This document shows positions 15,084 through 24,507 of a stretch of DNA of 35,172 bases, in pieces. Numbering within the stretch: position 1 is the first letter of the stretch; every line of letters starts with the position of its first letter. The stretch is from a virus. Lineage: Duplodnaviria > Caudoviricetes. The notes beneath the pieces were generated by a model. It saw nothing but the letters and a program-made list of their open reading frames with translations. It had not been told where the DNA came from and made no database searches. The position numbers and the translations under genes are program-made. The DNA lies in the IMG/VR virus record IMGVR_UViG_3300043036_000433, positions 1 to 35,172 of that record, one strand, 5' to 3'.

Positions 15084-15278
15084 TTTGAATTACCTTGTTT
15101 GCTGCGTTGAAGTAATTATAACGCAAAATCAAGCGTATTTTTGGCTGGGTGCAAAATACCCCGATTGTATTTGACTATCGGCAGAGGGGGGTTAATAGAC
15201 TACCGCTATCGCACATGCTACTGGGCCCACCCCTACGGAAATTATACAAAACCAAACCCACAACACTAAAGGTGCCAA

Positions 15279-15917
15279 CTACCACAACTTCCACAGCCGT
15301 TGCCACCAATTGGCCTTTAAGACCCTAAACCAACGCTGTTCAGCACTTCTGCACTGTGTGGCTAATAAGTTTGCTTCATGCTTCCAGTACTCCAAATCGG
15401 CCTCAAGTTTCCTGTATTCCGCATTTGCCCGGGCGTCCCGGACTGCCCTAATTGTCCACGATTCATCAAGCAGTTCATAGTCCAGTTCAAGTTCTTGGAC
15501 AGCAGTTTTAAGTGTGTCAACTTCATTTTCAAGCTCACCGGCCTTGGTGGCCATGTTTTCCAAAGCCATTAAGGTTGTAGCAGTTGAGTAGATTTGATTA
15601 CCTCGTTCCATGTGACGAATTAGAGCCCACTGCTCGGCCTCGGTTTTGATTTTGGGAACTTGCGTGTTTAGGGTCGGCTTTAAAAAGTTAATCCAATAAC
15701 CCTCATACTCGTCTAATAAGTCTGGGTGGCAGTTGACTAGTACCGTAGCTTGAGGGTAACAGTGATCGCTAAGGTAGTAGGCTCGCAACATATTTTTAGC
15801 TGCAGTACCTTTGCTTAGTTTATCTGCATGCTGACGCCAACGAGTTTCTAGGTGCAAGGACTTGCCTACATAAGTATCACCATTTAAGAAAGTTAATTGG
15901 TATATTCCAGAGTCCAT
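15279..15917 (-). CDS. GIY-YIG nuclease-domain protein with C-terminal coiled coil
   Basis: MDSGIYQLTF…TYVGKS…RWRQH…E.YWI…PTLN; C-terminal heptads and WWQRLWKLW tail. Confidence 0.8.
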   Translation of the reverse strand: MDSGIYQLTFLNGDTYVGKSLHLETRWRQHADKLSKGTAAKNMLRAYYLSDHCYPQATVLVNCHPDLLDEYEGYWINFLKPTLNTQVPKIKTEAEQWALIRHMERGNQIYSTATTLMALENMATKAGELENEVDTLKTAVQELELDYELLDESWTIRAVRDARANAEYRKLEADLEYWKHEANLLATQCRSAEQRWFRVLKANWWQRLWKLW

Positions 15918-16047
15918 AATAAGCCTTAAAAAACATATTTTACCGGTTTGTGCTGTAACAGTCAAGTCTAGATTTATCTCCGGCAAAAATTTAAGGTTGT
16001 TAGTAGACTTGCTCCTATGTTATACTCTACCAAAGGATTATACCCAA

Positions 16048-16542
16048 ATGCAAAATTTACCCCAAACCGCATCACCTGCCGAAGTTTTAGCAATCTCACC
16101 AGAAAACTTAGAAATAGCCAATTGCTTTTTAGAGTTGCAGGATTCTAAGCGGGTGGCTGATGTATTAGACGTGCCACTTGACTTCGTAACCCGCACCCTA
16201 GCCCGAACCGAGATAAAAGCCTACATAAACCAAGTGTTCTATGAAGTAGGTTTCAACAACCGCTTTATGATGCGGGATTTGATGGATACGCTTATTAAAA
16301 AGAAATTGTCAGATATGCAGGAGTCAGAAACTGGGTCTAACAAGGATATTGTTGACCTTATAGCACTTTCGCATAAGATGTCAATGGAGCACATGGACAA
16401 GGAAATCCAATTAGAGAAGCTACGACAGGGTAACGCTTCCTCAGCAATTAAGTCACAAGTTAACGTACAAATTAATGATGGCTTAGGCGATGGTACCAAG
16501 TACGGTGCACTTATCAACAAATTATTAACTGGTGGTGCGTAA
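16048..16542 (+). CDS. terS: Terminase small subunit (T5-like)
   Basis: 164 aa immediately upstream of and coupled to TerL; ISPENLEIAN, GFNNRF, SNKDIVDL, QVNVQIN…YGALI motifs. Confidence 0.8.
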   Translation: MQNLPQTASPAEVLAISPENLEIANCFLELQDSKRVADVLDVPLDFVTRTLARTEIKAYINQVFYEVGFNNRFMMRDLMDTLIKKKLSDMQESETGSNKDIVDLIALSHKMSMEHMDKEIQLEKLRQGNASSAIKSQVNVQINDGLGDGTKYGALINKLLTGGA

Positions 16543-17828
16543 TGCTTACTATTTCCAGACCTGACGTTGAGCGCACATTTATCACCGAGTTTGATCCAGC
16601 TCGTAGGTTTATTAAACTACCTATTACCAACTACCTAAAGCTTTTAAACATCTGGGAAACTGTCAACGAGCCACAGATTGCCCTAATCAACGCCGTTAAC
16701 GACCCCAAGTATCGTTTTATCTGCGCTGCACTTGCTCGTCGACTAGGCAAGACCTACATAGCCAACGTAATTGGTCAACTTGTAACCTTAGTACCAGGTG
16801 CTAACGTTTTAATTATCTCGCCTAATTACAACCTTTCAACTATTAGTTTCGAGTTGCAACGTAAACTAATCAAGCACTTTGACTTAGAGATCTCGCGTGA
16901 CAACTTAAAAGATCGTATCATTGAACTATCAAACGGGTCTACTATTCGTATGGGTTCACTATCAACCGTGGATAGTTGCGTTGGCAGATCGTATGACCTA
17001 ATTATCTTTGACGAGGCTGCCTTAGGCGGTGATGGTGAAGCAGCATTTAACGTTGCCTTAAGACCTACCCTAGACAAGCCTAATTCAAAAGCAATCTTTA
17101 TTTCAACGCCTCGTGGTAAAAACAACTGGTTTTCACGCTTTTTTGAACGTGGCTTTAGTCCCGACTTTCCAGAGTGGTGTTCGATTACTGCTGACTATAC
17201 CGAGAACTCTCGTATGGCTGAGTCGGATGTGCAGGAAGCTCGCAAATCCATGTCAAAAGCTGAGTTTGAGCAAGAGTACATGGCTTCGTTTACAACGTTT
17301 GAGGGTCAAATCTACAAACTTGATGATGCACACATTGCAGACTACGAGATCTTAGACGGTGACGAATCCTTAGCTGGCTGTGACCCTGGTTATCGTGATG
17401 CTACAGCTTTTGTGGTAATTGTATACCAGCCACAGCATGATCGATTCCATGTGGTTGATGAATACTTAAAAGCAGAAGCTACCACAGATACTCATGCTGC
17501 AGCGTTTGCTGAACTTGTTGCAAAGTGGCAAATCGACCCTGTGTTTATTGATTCGGCTGCGCCACAGTTTGCATCGGACTTAGCCTACTTATACGACATT
17601 GCTACCATTAAAGCTAAAAAGGACGTACTGCCAGGAATTGCCTATGTACAGACCTTAGTTGAATCCGGCAGATTGTACGTATCTCCACACTGCGTAAATA
17701 CACTAGCCACTTTAGACCAGTATCGTTGGGATACTCGTGAAACCTTAACCCGTGAGAAACCTCTGCACGACGAATACTCTCACATGGCTGACGCACTACG
17801 CTACGCCCTATACACTTACACGCTTTAG
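16542..17828 (+). CDS. terL: Terminase large subunit
   Basis: ARRLGKT Walker A, LIIFDEAA Walker B, FISTPRG, FEQEY, GCDPG nuclease motif, HMADALRYA. Confidence 0.95.
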   Translation: MLTISRPDVERTFITEFDPARRFIKLPITNYLKLLNIWETVNEPQIALINAVNDPKYRFICAALARRLGKTYIANVIGQLVTLVPGANVLIISPNYNLSTISFELQRKLIKHFDLEISRDNLKDRIIELSNGSTIRMGSLSTVDSCVGRSYDLIIFDEAALGGDGEAAFNVALRPTLDKPNSKAIFISTPRGKNNWFSRFFERGFSPDFPEWCSITADYTENSRMAESDVQEARKSMSKAEFEQEYMASFTTFEGQIYKLDDAHIADYEILDGDESLAGCDPGYRDATAFVVIVYQPQHDRFHVVDEYLKAEATTDTHAAAFAELVAKWQIDPVFIDSAAPQFASDLAYLYDIATIKAKKDVLPGIAYVQTLVESGRLYVSPHCVNTLATLDQYRWDTRETLTREKPLHDEYSHMADALRYALYTYTL

Positions 17829-17884
17829 TCAACCTCCCTCCGCAATCTTGGAGAATACCAAATTGCGGAGGAAAAATTTTTACG

Positions 17885-17913
17885 TTGACAGGGGCTTGCT
17901 CTAGTGATATAAT
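17885..17913 (+). promoter_or_regulatory. Consensus sigma70 promoter for head genes
   Basis: TTGACA-17-TATAAT, A/T-rich UP element, preceded by hairpin CTCCGCAAT…ATTGCGGAG. Confidence 0.85.
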
Positions 17914-17945
17914 AGTAAGAATTGTAAAAACGTGCCTTATAAATA

Positions 17946-18365
17946 ATGGCCAAAAACACTAATAACCGCATCCCTGTCAAATGGATTAGGGATAAAGCTA
18001 AAGCAGCTTATCAGAAACAGGATACTTGTTACGTATGTAACAAAACTGAAGATCTGGAACTGCACCACCTTCACTCCATTACCGTACTGTTAAATCGTTG
18101 GTCTGAACGAAAAGGATATGATATATCCACAGACGACGGAATTCTTGCTGTCCGAGACGAGTTTATTGCAGAACATAACGTAGAGTTATACGATATGGTT
18201 TACACATTATGTAATCCGCATCACGTAGCACTACACGGTGTTTATGGCAAAGCTCCTGCTTTCGGTAGTGAAGAACGACAGCGCAATTGGATTGAAAAAC
18301 AAAAAGCCAAAGCAGAGGGCAAGGAGATTAAACCTTCTTTATCGCTATTTGGAAAATTCTTGTAA
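17946..18365 (+). CDS. HNH nicking endonuclease (T5-type, between TerL and portal)
   Basis: CYVC…LELHHLHS…TLCNPHHVALHGVYG; synteny with T5. Confidence 0.85.
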   Translation: MAKNTNNRIPVKWIRDKAKAAYQKQDTCYVCNKTEDLELHHLHSITVLLNRWSERKGYDISTDDGILAVRDEFIAEHNVELYDMVYTLCNPHHVALHGVYGKAPAFGSEERQRNWIEKQKAKAEGKEIKPSLSLFGKFL

Positions 18366-18374
18366 AGGACAGCC

Positions 18375-19589
18375 ATGGCATGGTATAAACCAAATACATG
18401 GTTTGCAGACAACGAACAAAAACTTAATCCAGCGCAACAGCTAATTAGTCGTGAGCAAGGTGTTTTCATTAACTCCGATTCAGCGATTACTTACAACATG
18501 GCGTTTGATAAGTTAGAGACTGTAAACCGCGGCGTTAACATGATCGTATCAGGTATCTCTAGCCTTGACTACGATGTAAAAGATAAAAAGATAGAGGGTG
18601 TTGTAGCAGGTATTCGTCAGAAAACGTTAAATACGCTTTTGAACTTTACCCCTAACCCATATCAGTCAGCGCAAGAGTTCAGAACTAATATATTTACCGA
18701 CTTCGTCTTAGAAGGAAATATATTCATTTACTGGGACGGGGTATATATGTACCACTTGCCAGCCTCTCGCGTACAAATTGAAACTGACCCTAAAACGTTT
18801 ATAGCTGCATACCGCTATAACACAACAATCGTTTTTAAGCCGTCAGAAGTAATACACATTAAAGATCTTGCCTCCACGTCAATTTATCGTGGTAGTTCAC
18901 GTTTAGCCAGTGCTGATCGTAACATCAAGATTCTTTATAAAATGCAAACATTTCAAGAACAATTCTTTGATAATGGTGCAATCCCCGGTTTAATCCTAAC
19001 CAGCGAAAATACTCTTAGCCAAGTTGCTAAAGATAAAACTATCGCAAACTGGATGCAAAAATACTCGCCTAAGAATGGTGCCAAAAAGCCCATGATCTTG
19101 GATTCGGGATTAAAGCCTTTTGCGAACTTATCAGATTCATTTAAAGAAATGGATTTTGACACTTCGATCAAAACGCATGACGCAAAAATATTAACATCAC
19201 TTGGTGTGCCTCCTATCTTATTAGAAGGCGGCAACAATGCTAATATTTCACCTAATTTAAGACTATTTTACTTGGAAACAATCTTACCGATTGCAACTAA
19301 GTTTACTAGTGCTGTCGAACGTTTCTTTGGTTACGATATCGAGCCTATTACTGCCACTGTTAGTGCTTTACAGCCTGACATGAAAGATGTAGCTGGATAC
19401 TATACCACTCTTGTTAACGGTGGAGTTCTTTCACCTAATGAAGCAAGAGATGCACTACGTTTCGAAAGCAAGCCAGGACACGATGATTTGAGAGTACCTG
19501 CAAATATTGCAGGATCTGCAGCAAATCCTAGCGTAGGGGGAGCGCCTCCTAAACCACCAAAGGTTGGTGGGGACAAGAGCGTACTATAA
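18375..19589 (+). CDS. Portal protein (HK97 family, T5 pb7-like)
   Basis: 404 aa; PNPYQS, LEGNIFI, EVIHIKD, FFDNGA.PG, LGVPPILL, G.LSPNEAR. Confidence 0.95.
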   Translation: MAWYKPNTWFADNEQKLNPAQQLISREQGVFINSDSAITYNMAFDKLETVNRGVNMIVSGISSLDYDVKDKKIEGVVAGIRQKTLNTLLNFTPNPYQSAQEFRTNIFTDFVLEGNIFIYWDGVYMYHLPASRVQIETDPKTFIAAYRYNTTIVFKPSEVIHIKDLASTSIYRGSSRLASADRNIKILYKMQTFQEQFFDNGAIPGLILTSENTLSQVAKDKTIANWMQKYSPKNGAKKPMILDSGLKPFANLSDSFKEMDFDTSIKTHDAKILTSLGVPPILLEGGNNANISPNLRLFYLETILPIATKFTSAVERFFGYDIEPITATVSALQPDMKDVAGYYTTLVNGGVLSPNEARDALRFESKPGHDDLRVPANIAGSAANPSVGGAPPKPPKVGGDKSVL

Positions 19590-19601
19590 GTAAGGAAATA
19601 C

Positions 19602-21572
19602 ATGAAAAATAAAGTACTACATTTGAATAGTGCTTTTACCATGAAAGAACTTCCTAACGCAGGCGACTCTGGAACTGAGTCTGTTTTTATTGAAGGCTAC
19701 GCAAGTACCGTTGATATTGACAGAAGCGGAGACGTAGTCCCTAAAAGCGTTTGGGAAGCAGGAATTCAAAACTATTTAAAGAATCCGATTATCTTAAGTC
19801 AACATGATTATGACGACCCTATTGGTCGCATGGTTGATTATAAGATTGACGACAAAGGTTTATGGGTAAAAGCTCGTATTTCTTCAGCTGCTGAAGAATG
19901 TTTTAATCTTATCAAAGACAAAGTATTAACGGCTTTTAGTATCGGATTCAGAATCATGGATGCCGAATACAACTCAGCTGCAGAAGTATTTTTAATAAAG
20001 GAACTTGAACTAGTCGAAATTTCGGTAGTATCAGTACCTTGCAATCAAAATACCCTATTCGATTTATCTAAAGCTTTTTCAGATGCTGCGGATTATCAGA
20101 AATTTAAACAGCAATTTGCACCCAACGGCGACTCAGCTAAAGGGCTAGAATCCACTACGGAAGCAAAGAGCACAACCACAAAGGAATTGGAAATGACCCA
20201 AGAAGAAATGCAAAAAATGCTTGCAGATGCAGCTACTAAAGCTGCTCAAGAAGCAACTACATCCCTTTTAGCTGCTCAAGCTGCTAAAAAACTAGAAGAA
20301 GAAGTGGCTGCTAAGTCTGCTGCTGATCTAGATGCTCGTATCAAGTCTGCTGTTGCTGCTCAAGTAACTGTTGGCGAAAGCGGAGCTGAAAAGTTACTAG
20401 CTGAAGTTACTAAGCGTTTCGAAGACCAAGCTGCTCAATCTAAGAGCGCTCTAGCTGGTTTAGAAGCTGCATTAACAGAAAAAGCTGCTGAGATTGCAAA
20501 AATCCAAGCTAGCAAAATGCAATTCACAGACACTAACAAAGCTAACGGTTCTTACTCAGACCGCGAAACAGCTGTTATGTTGTCTAAAATCACTGGCAAG
20601 TCTATTCAAGATACGGCATACGGCCGCGATCTAATCGAAAAGACTGGTCAACACATGCCAAGCGCTACATGGGAACTAGAAGTTTCTACAAACATGGAAG
20701 CTGAAGTTCGTCGTCGTCTAGTTGTTGCTCCGCTAATCCGCGCAGTTAACATGAAGACCAACGTTATGACTATGCCTCTAAACCCAGAAGCTGGTTTAGC
20801 ATCATGGGTTGTTAACAGCGATTTCGGTGGAGCAAATAGCTCTGGCGGTACAACTGCTACTACTGGTCAAACACCAGGTCGCGGTTCTCCACACCAGTTA
20901 AAAGAAATCACTTTGAACGCTTACAAAGTAGCGACCAAAGAATATCTAAACTACGAAGAAGAAGAAGACAGCCTATTGGTTATCATGCCTATCGTTCGCG
21001 ATGCTATGATTCGTCGTCTTGCTCGTACTGTTGATCGTGCTTACTTGTTAGGTGCAGGCTCTGGTGCTGATCCAGTTACCGGTCTAGCTAGCTACGCTAC
21101 TGGTACAAACTTCACTAGCGCTAACGGTGCTGCAGCTTCTACAGTTGCAACTATCGCTAACCTACGTAACCTACGTAAAAACCTAGGTGCATGGGGTCTA
21201 GACCCGGCTGAAGTTGTTTATGTTGTTTCTACAGAAATCTACTACGATTTACTAGATGACACTACATTCCAGACAATGAACCAAGTTGGTCCACAAGCTA
21301 CGTTACTAACTGGTCAAGTTGGCCAAATCGGTAACAGCCCAGTTCTAGTTTCCGCAGAATTCGCTTCTAAGGGTACTGGTACTACTGGCGCAATCGCTTT
21401 TGCACCAGGTAACTTCATGGCAGGTAACCAACGCGGTCTACGCATGGATACTCAAGAATTAGTTGAAACACAGCGTCGTGTTCTAGTTGCGTCTCTACGC
21501 ACTGGTATGACTCAAGTTACAACTAACCTAGGTAACGGTGTTTCTAAGTTCGCTTGGGGCACCTTAAGCTAA
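19602..21572 (+). CDS. Fused prohead protease / scaffold / HK97-fold major capsid protein
   Basis: N-terminal IEGYAST…DRSGDVV…QHD…PIG…FSIGF…EISVVSVPCN; Ala/Lys coiled coil; C-terminal T5 pb8-like capsid domain. Confidence 0.92.
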   Translation: MKNKVLHLNSAFTMKELPNAGDSGTESVFIEGYASTVDIDRSGDVVPKSVWEAGIQNYLKNPIILSQHDYDDPIGRMVDYKIDDKGLWVKARISSAAEECFNLIKDKVLTAFSIGFRIMDAEYNSAAEVFLIKELELVEISVVSVPCNQNTLFDLSKAFSDAADYQKFKQQFAPNGDSAKGLESTTEAKSTTTKELEMTQEEMQKMLADAATKAAQEATTSLLAAQAAKKLEEEVAAKSAADLDARIKSAVAAQVTVGESGAEKLLAEVTKRFEDQAAQSKSALAGLEAALTEKAAEIAKIQASKMQFTDTNKANGSYSDRETAVMLSKITGKSIQDTAYGRDLIEKTGQHMPSATWELEVSTNMEAEVRRRLVVAPLIRAVNMKTNVMTMPLNPEAGLASWVVNSDFGGANSSGGTTATTGQTPGRGSPHQLKEITLNAYKVATKEYLNYEEEEDSLLVIMPIVRDAMIRRLARTVDRAYLLGAGSGADPVTGLASYATGTNFTSANGAAASTVATIANLRNLRKNLGAWGLDPAEVVYVVSTEIYYDLLDDTTFQTMNQVGPQATLLTGQVGQIGNSPVLVSAEFASKGTGTTGAIAFAPGNFMAGNQRGLRMDTQELVETQRRVLVASLRTGMTQVTTNLGNGVSKFAWGTLS

Positions 21573-21600
21573 TCTTTGGATTAGTTAGGTAATAAGTTAA

Positions 21601-21630
21601 GACTCGGGAACTTCGGTTCCCGGTCTTTTA
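21601..21630 (+). terminator. Terminator after capsid gene
   Basis: CGGGAAC-TTCG-GTTCCCG (UUCG loop) plus TCTTTT. Confidence 0.8.
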
Positions 21631-21672
21631 TAAAGGTATTAAGGTACCTTTATAAAAGATAAAGGAATAAAT

Positions 21673-22317
21673 ATGGGACTATCATTAGTTACAAGAGCAG
21701 AATATAAAGCCTACGCTGGCATCTCTAGTACTACTAGCGATACCATACTAGACTCACTAATTCCAAAAGTAAGTGAATTAGTAAAGTCTATTTGCCGTAG
21801 AACTTTCGTAGATTACGTAGGCGATCCAAAAATAGACTACACAGATGGTGGCGGAAAAACAATCGAACTAAGCGAATTTCCCGTCATTTCGATCAGTAGT
21901 GTAGAAGTATCTACGGATTATGGTGCTACATATACTGCGCTTACAGAATTTACTGACTATGTTTTTGCAAAGTCAAAAAATCATATTCGACCACTACCAA
22001 TCTCTACAGCCCTAGACTCAAACAGCAATCTAGTTTCTACAGCTTGGCGCGGTTCACGAGTTAATAAATCAGATTTAATTTTCCAAGAGTTAATTAACGG
22101 ATACCGTGTAACATATAATGCAGGATACGAGACTTTACCTGGCGATTTAAAATTAGCCATATTTGACTTAATAGCATTTTATATGCGTAATGATTCTGCT
22201 GTTCATAGTACGAAATCAATTAGTCCTAATACAATGCAGATTGAGTACGTTTCAAGCACTAATCTTCCAGCCCATATTAAACGCGTGTTAGACCTATATA
22301 CTGTGAGTTATGACTAA
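21673..22317 (+). CDS. Head completion / head-tail connector protein (T5 p144-like)
   Basis: Position after capsid; LIPKVSELVKSIC.RTF, YNAGY..LP.DLKLA, LPAHIKRVLDLY. Confidence 0.85.
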   Translation: MGLSLVTRAEYKAYAGISSTTSDTILDSLIPKVSELVKSICRRTFVDYVGDPKIDYTDGGGKTIELSEFPVISISSVEVSTDYGATYTALTEFTDYVFAKSKNHIRPLPISTALDSNSNLVSTAWRGSRVNKSDLIFQELINGYRVTYNAGYETLPGDLKLAIFDLIAFYMRNDSAVHSTKSISPNTMQIEYVSSTNLPAHIKRVLDLYTVSYD

Positions 22318-22319
22318 GT

Positions 22320-24005
22320 ATGAGTATAGAAGAAATGTCACGTACTCTAAGAAAAGAGATACTTGAAAGATTAAAACAGCAATACGCCGGAACCGGTGGT
22401 AGAAACGCAGATGCTCGTTTAGAAAATTTCTTAGACTATACAAGCACTGAAAGAATTAGAGCTGATACGGATACTAAAGTCGGTAGGCACGAAAGCATAA
22501 TGAGTAGAGGTGCTTTTCAGAATTTAGCTAACGAATTAAGTGCAGTACTTAATAGTAGTTCTCTGAGTACTATTGCTTCTCAAAGTCTTTCTTCTGACGT
22601 AACTTTTGAGGCATTTAAAGAATATTTAACAGATACTGTAAAACTTAATACAGGGACTGGTAAAGCTAGAACTGCGGGTGATTTTTCTTATACTGGAGTA
22701 TCTAGGATAGGAAAAGAGTCAGGGTTAACTATAGCTACAAGTGTTGATAGTACTGATAAAAATCCAAGTGACAGAGATGTATTAATTTTAAGAAATATAC
22801 CTATCGGTAACTTAGTTAATTATTATGTAGATTTCTTAGTCGATAATTTAGTTTTAGCAGGAAATACTACTAAAGAACAAGCTGCCAAAGAATTACGCAA
22901 ACAGTTTAATGCCGGTCACTTAACCGGAGCATTCAATGCCAGATTAGTACGTGCTTTAGGTTTACGTAAGAATCCAGAAGGAAACGTAGTATTTGATAAT
23001 ACTAAAGGAAATTCTTTAGCTACAAAAGCCGAATCAGAACTTAATAAAATAATGTCGTTAATTACGGATGCAGACTATCTCTCCAGTAATATAGTTAATG
23101 ATATTCAGTTATTTGTAACCACTGACAAACGCTTATATAAAAATAAAGTTAATTTACAACTTACTACAGAAGTTCAGTTTGCAAAAGCTAACCAAGACTC
23201 CGGAAGACTTTTACAGCAAGCAGGTAGCGCTATATCAGCACTTACAAAAGCTGTAAAAGAGAATGTAAGCGAAAGCGGACAAGAGGTCGCGGTAGAAAAA
23301 GCTTTAGTTAGATTATATAGTAATTTACAGAAACTTTCTAAAGAAGTTAGTGCTAAAGCCAACTCCTACAAAAATCTGCCTAAGAAACTTAGTCAGGAAG
23401 CACAAAAAAATCTTGATAGAATACTTGAGAACACAGATGCAATTAATGAAATTATTAAAAGCCCAGGTTCTCGCTCTGTACCTCAACACGTAGCTTACTT
23501 AGTAGAATGTGCTTTAAGAGGAATTAATGCACAAGAAGACGCTAGTAAAGCAAAAATTAAAGATTCTGTATTACCTAAAAATAAGGTAGTTAAAAATACT
23601 GGTAGTAATATAAAGTTAAATACTACTAAAAGTAAAGTATCCGCTAAGACTAACCCAATAAAAAGTGTTGTACAAAGTTACTCATTAGCTAGTTTACAGC
23701 TTCTTATTAATAGCCACTTGCAGGATGTAATATCGGCAAATATGGGCTCAGGAAATTCAAAAAACATGTTGAACTACAGAACCGGACGCTTCGCAGCGTC
23801 AGCTAAAGTAGAACGTATGTCGCAGAGCCGGGAAGGAATGATTACAGCTTTTTATAGCTATATGAAAAATCCTTACCAAACATTTGAACCGGGCTATCGC
23901 CAAGGTTCACCAAAAACAAGAGACCCTAAATTGCTAATTGCTGGTTCCATTCGTGAGATTGCAGCAAGCAAAGTTAGTGACAGAATGAGGGCAGTATCAC
24001 TATGA
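22320..24005 (+). CDS. Tail completion protein (T5 p143-like C-terminus) with long N-terminal extension
   Basis: C-terminal LNYRTGRFA.S…YMKNPYQTFEPG…RDP.LLI..SIREIA; synteny. Confidence 0.75.
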   Translation: MSIEEMSRTLRKEILERLKQQYAGTGGRNADARLENFLDYTSTERIRADTDTKVGRHESIMSRGAFQNLANELSAVLNSSSLSTIASQSLSSDVTFEAFKEYLTDTVKLNTGTGKARTAGDFSYTGVSRIGKESGLTIATSVDSTDKNPSDRDVLILRNIPIGNLVNYYVDFLVDNLVLAGNTTKEQAAKELRKQFNAGHLTGAFNARLVRALGLRKNPEGNVVFDNTKGNSLATKAESELNKIMSLITDADYLSSNIVNDIQLFVTTDKRLYKNKVNLQLTTEVQFAKANQDSGRLLQQAGSAISALTKAVKENVSESGQEVAVEKALVRLYSNLQKLSKEVSAKANSYKNLPKKLSQEAQKNLDRILENTDAINEIIKSPGSRSVPQHVAYLVECALRGINAQEDASKAKIKDSVLPKNKVVKNTGSNIKLNTTKSKVSAKTNPIKSVVQSYSLASLQLLINSHLQDVISANMGSGNSKNMLNYRTGRFAASAKVERMSQSREGMITAFYSYMKNPYQTFEPGYRQGSPKTRDPKLLIAGSIREIAASKVSDRMRAVSL

Positions 24006-24439
24006 GTCGTAGGACCTCGATTTTAAAAGCTATCGTAGAAAAGCTTAAACTAATAGACGGCACAGAACCGTATACCACTAACTTATTTTCAAATGCTTAT
24101 CCAGTAATAAAATTCTGGGATGAAGTCAACGATTTTCCAAGTGTGTATGGCTCAACAGGTTCTGAAACACGTGATTATCTTCCAGGAGCTTTTACTTGGG
24201 TATTTTTAAACTTAACGCTTAAAATATACTGCAAAGGTGAAGAATCTCAGTTACAACTAGAGCAACTACTAGAAGATATTGAAACGGTTATCAACAACAA
24301 TCGTGTGTTGACGTACGACACCGAAAATAACTACGAAACTACTGAGATTTTGGTAGCTTCAATAACAACTGATGAAGGACTATTAGCTCCTTATGCCGTA
24401 GGTGAAATGAACCTGCAGGTTAGGTATCAGATGATGTAA
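24002..24439 (+). CDS. Tail terminator protein (T5 p142-like)
   Basis: MSRRTSI, KFWDEVNDFP, SITTDEGLLAPY.VGE; directly before the tail tube gene. Confidence 0.85.
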   Translation: MSRRTSILKAIVEKLKLIDGTEPYTTNLFSNAYPVIKFWDEVNDFPSVYGSTGSETRDYLPGAFTWVFLNLTLKIYCKGEESQLQLEQLLEDIETVINNNRVLTYDTENNYETTEILVASITTDEGLLAPYAVGEMNLQVRYQMM

Positions 24440-24507
24440 CCCGTATCACGGTATGCTACAGATAAAGATCTAGTATATTACCAAGGTACTAAACAAAAGG
24501 AAATAAG

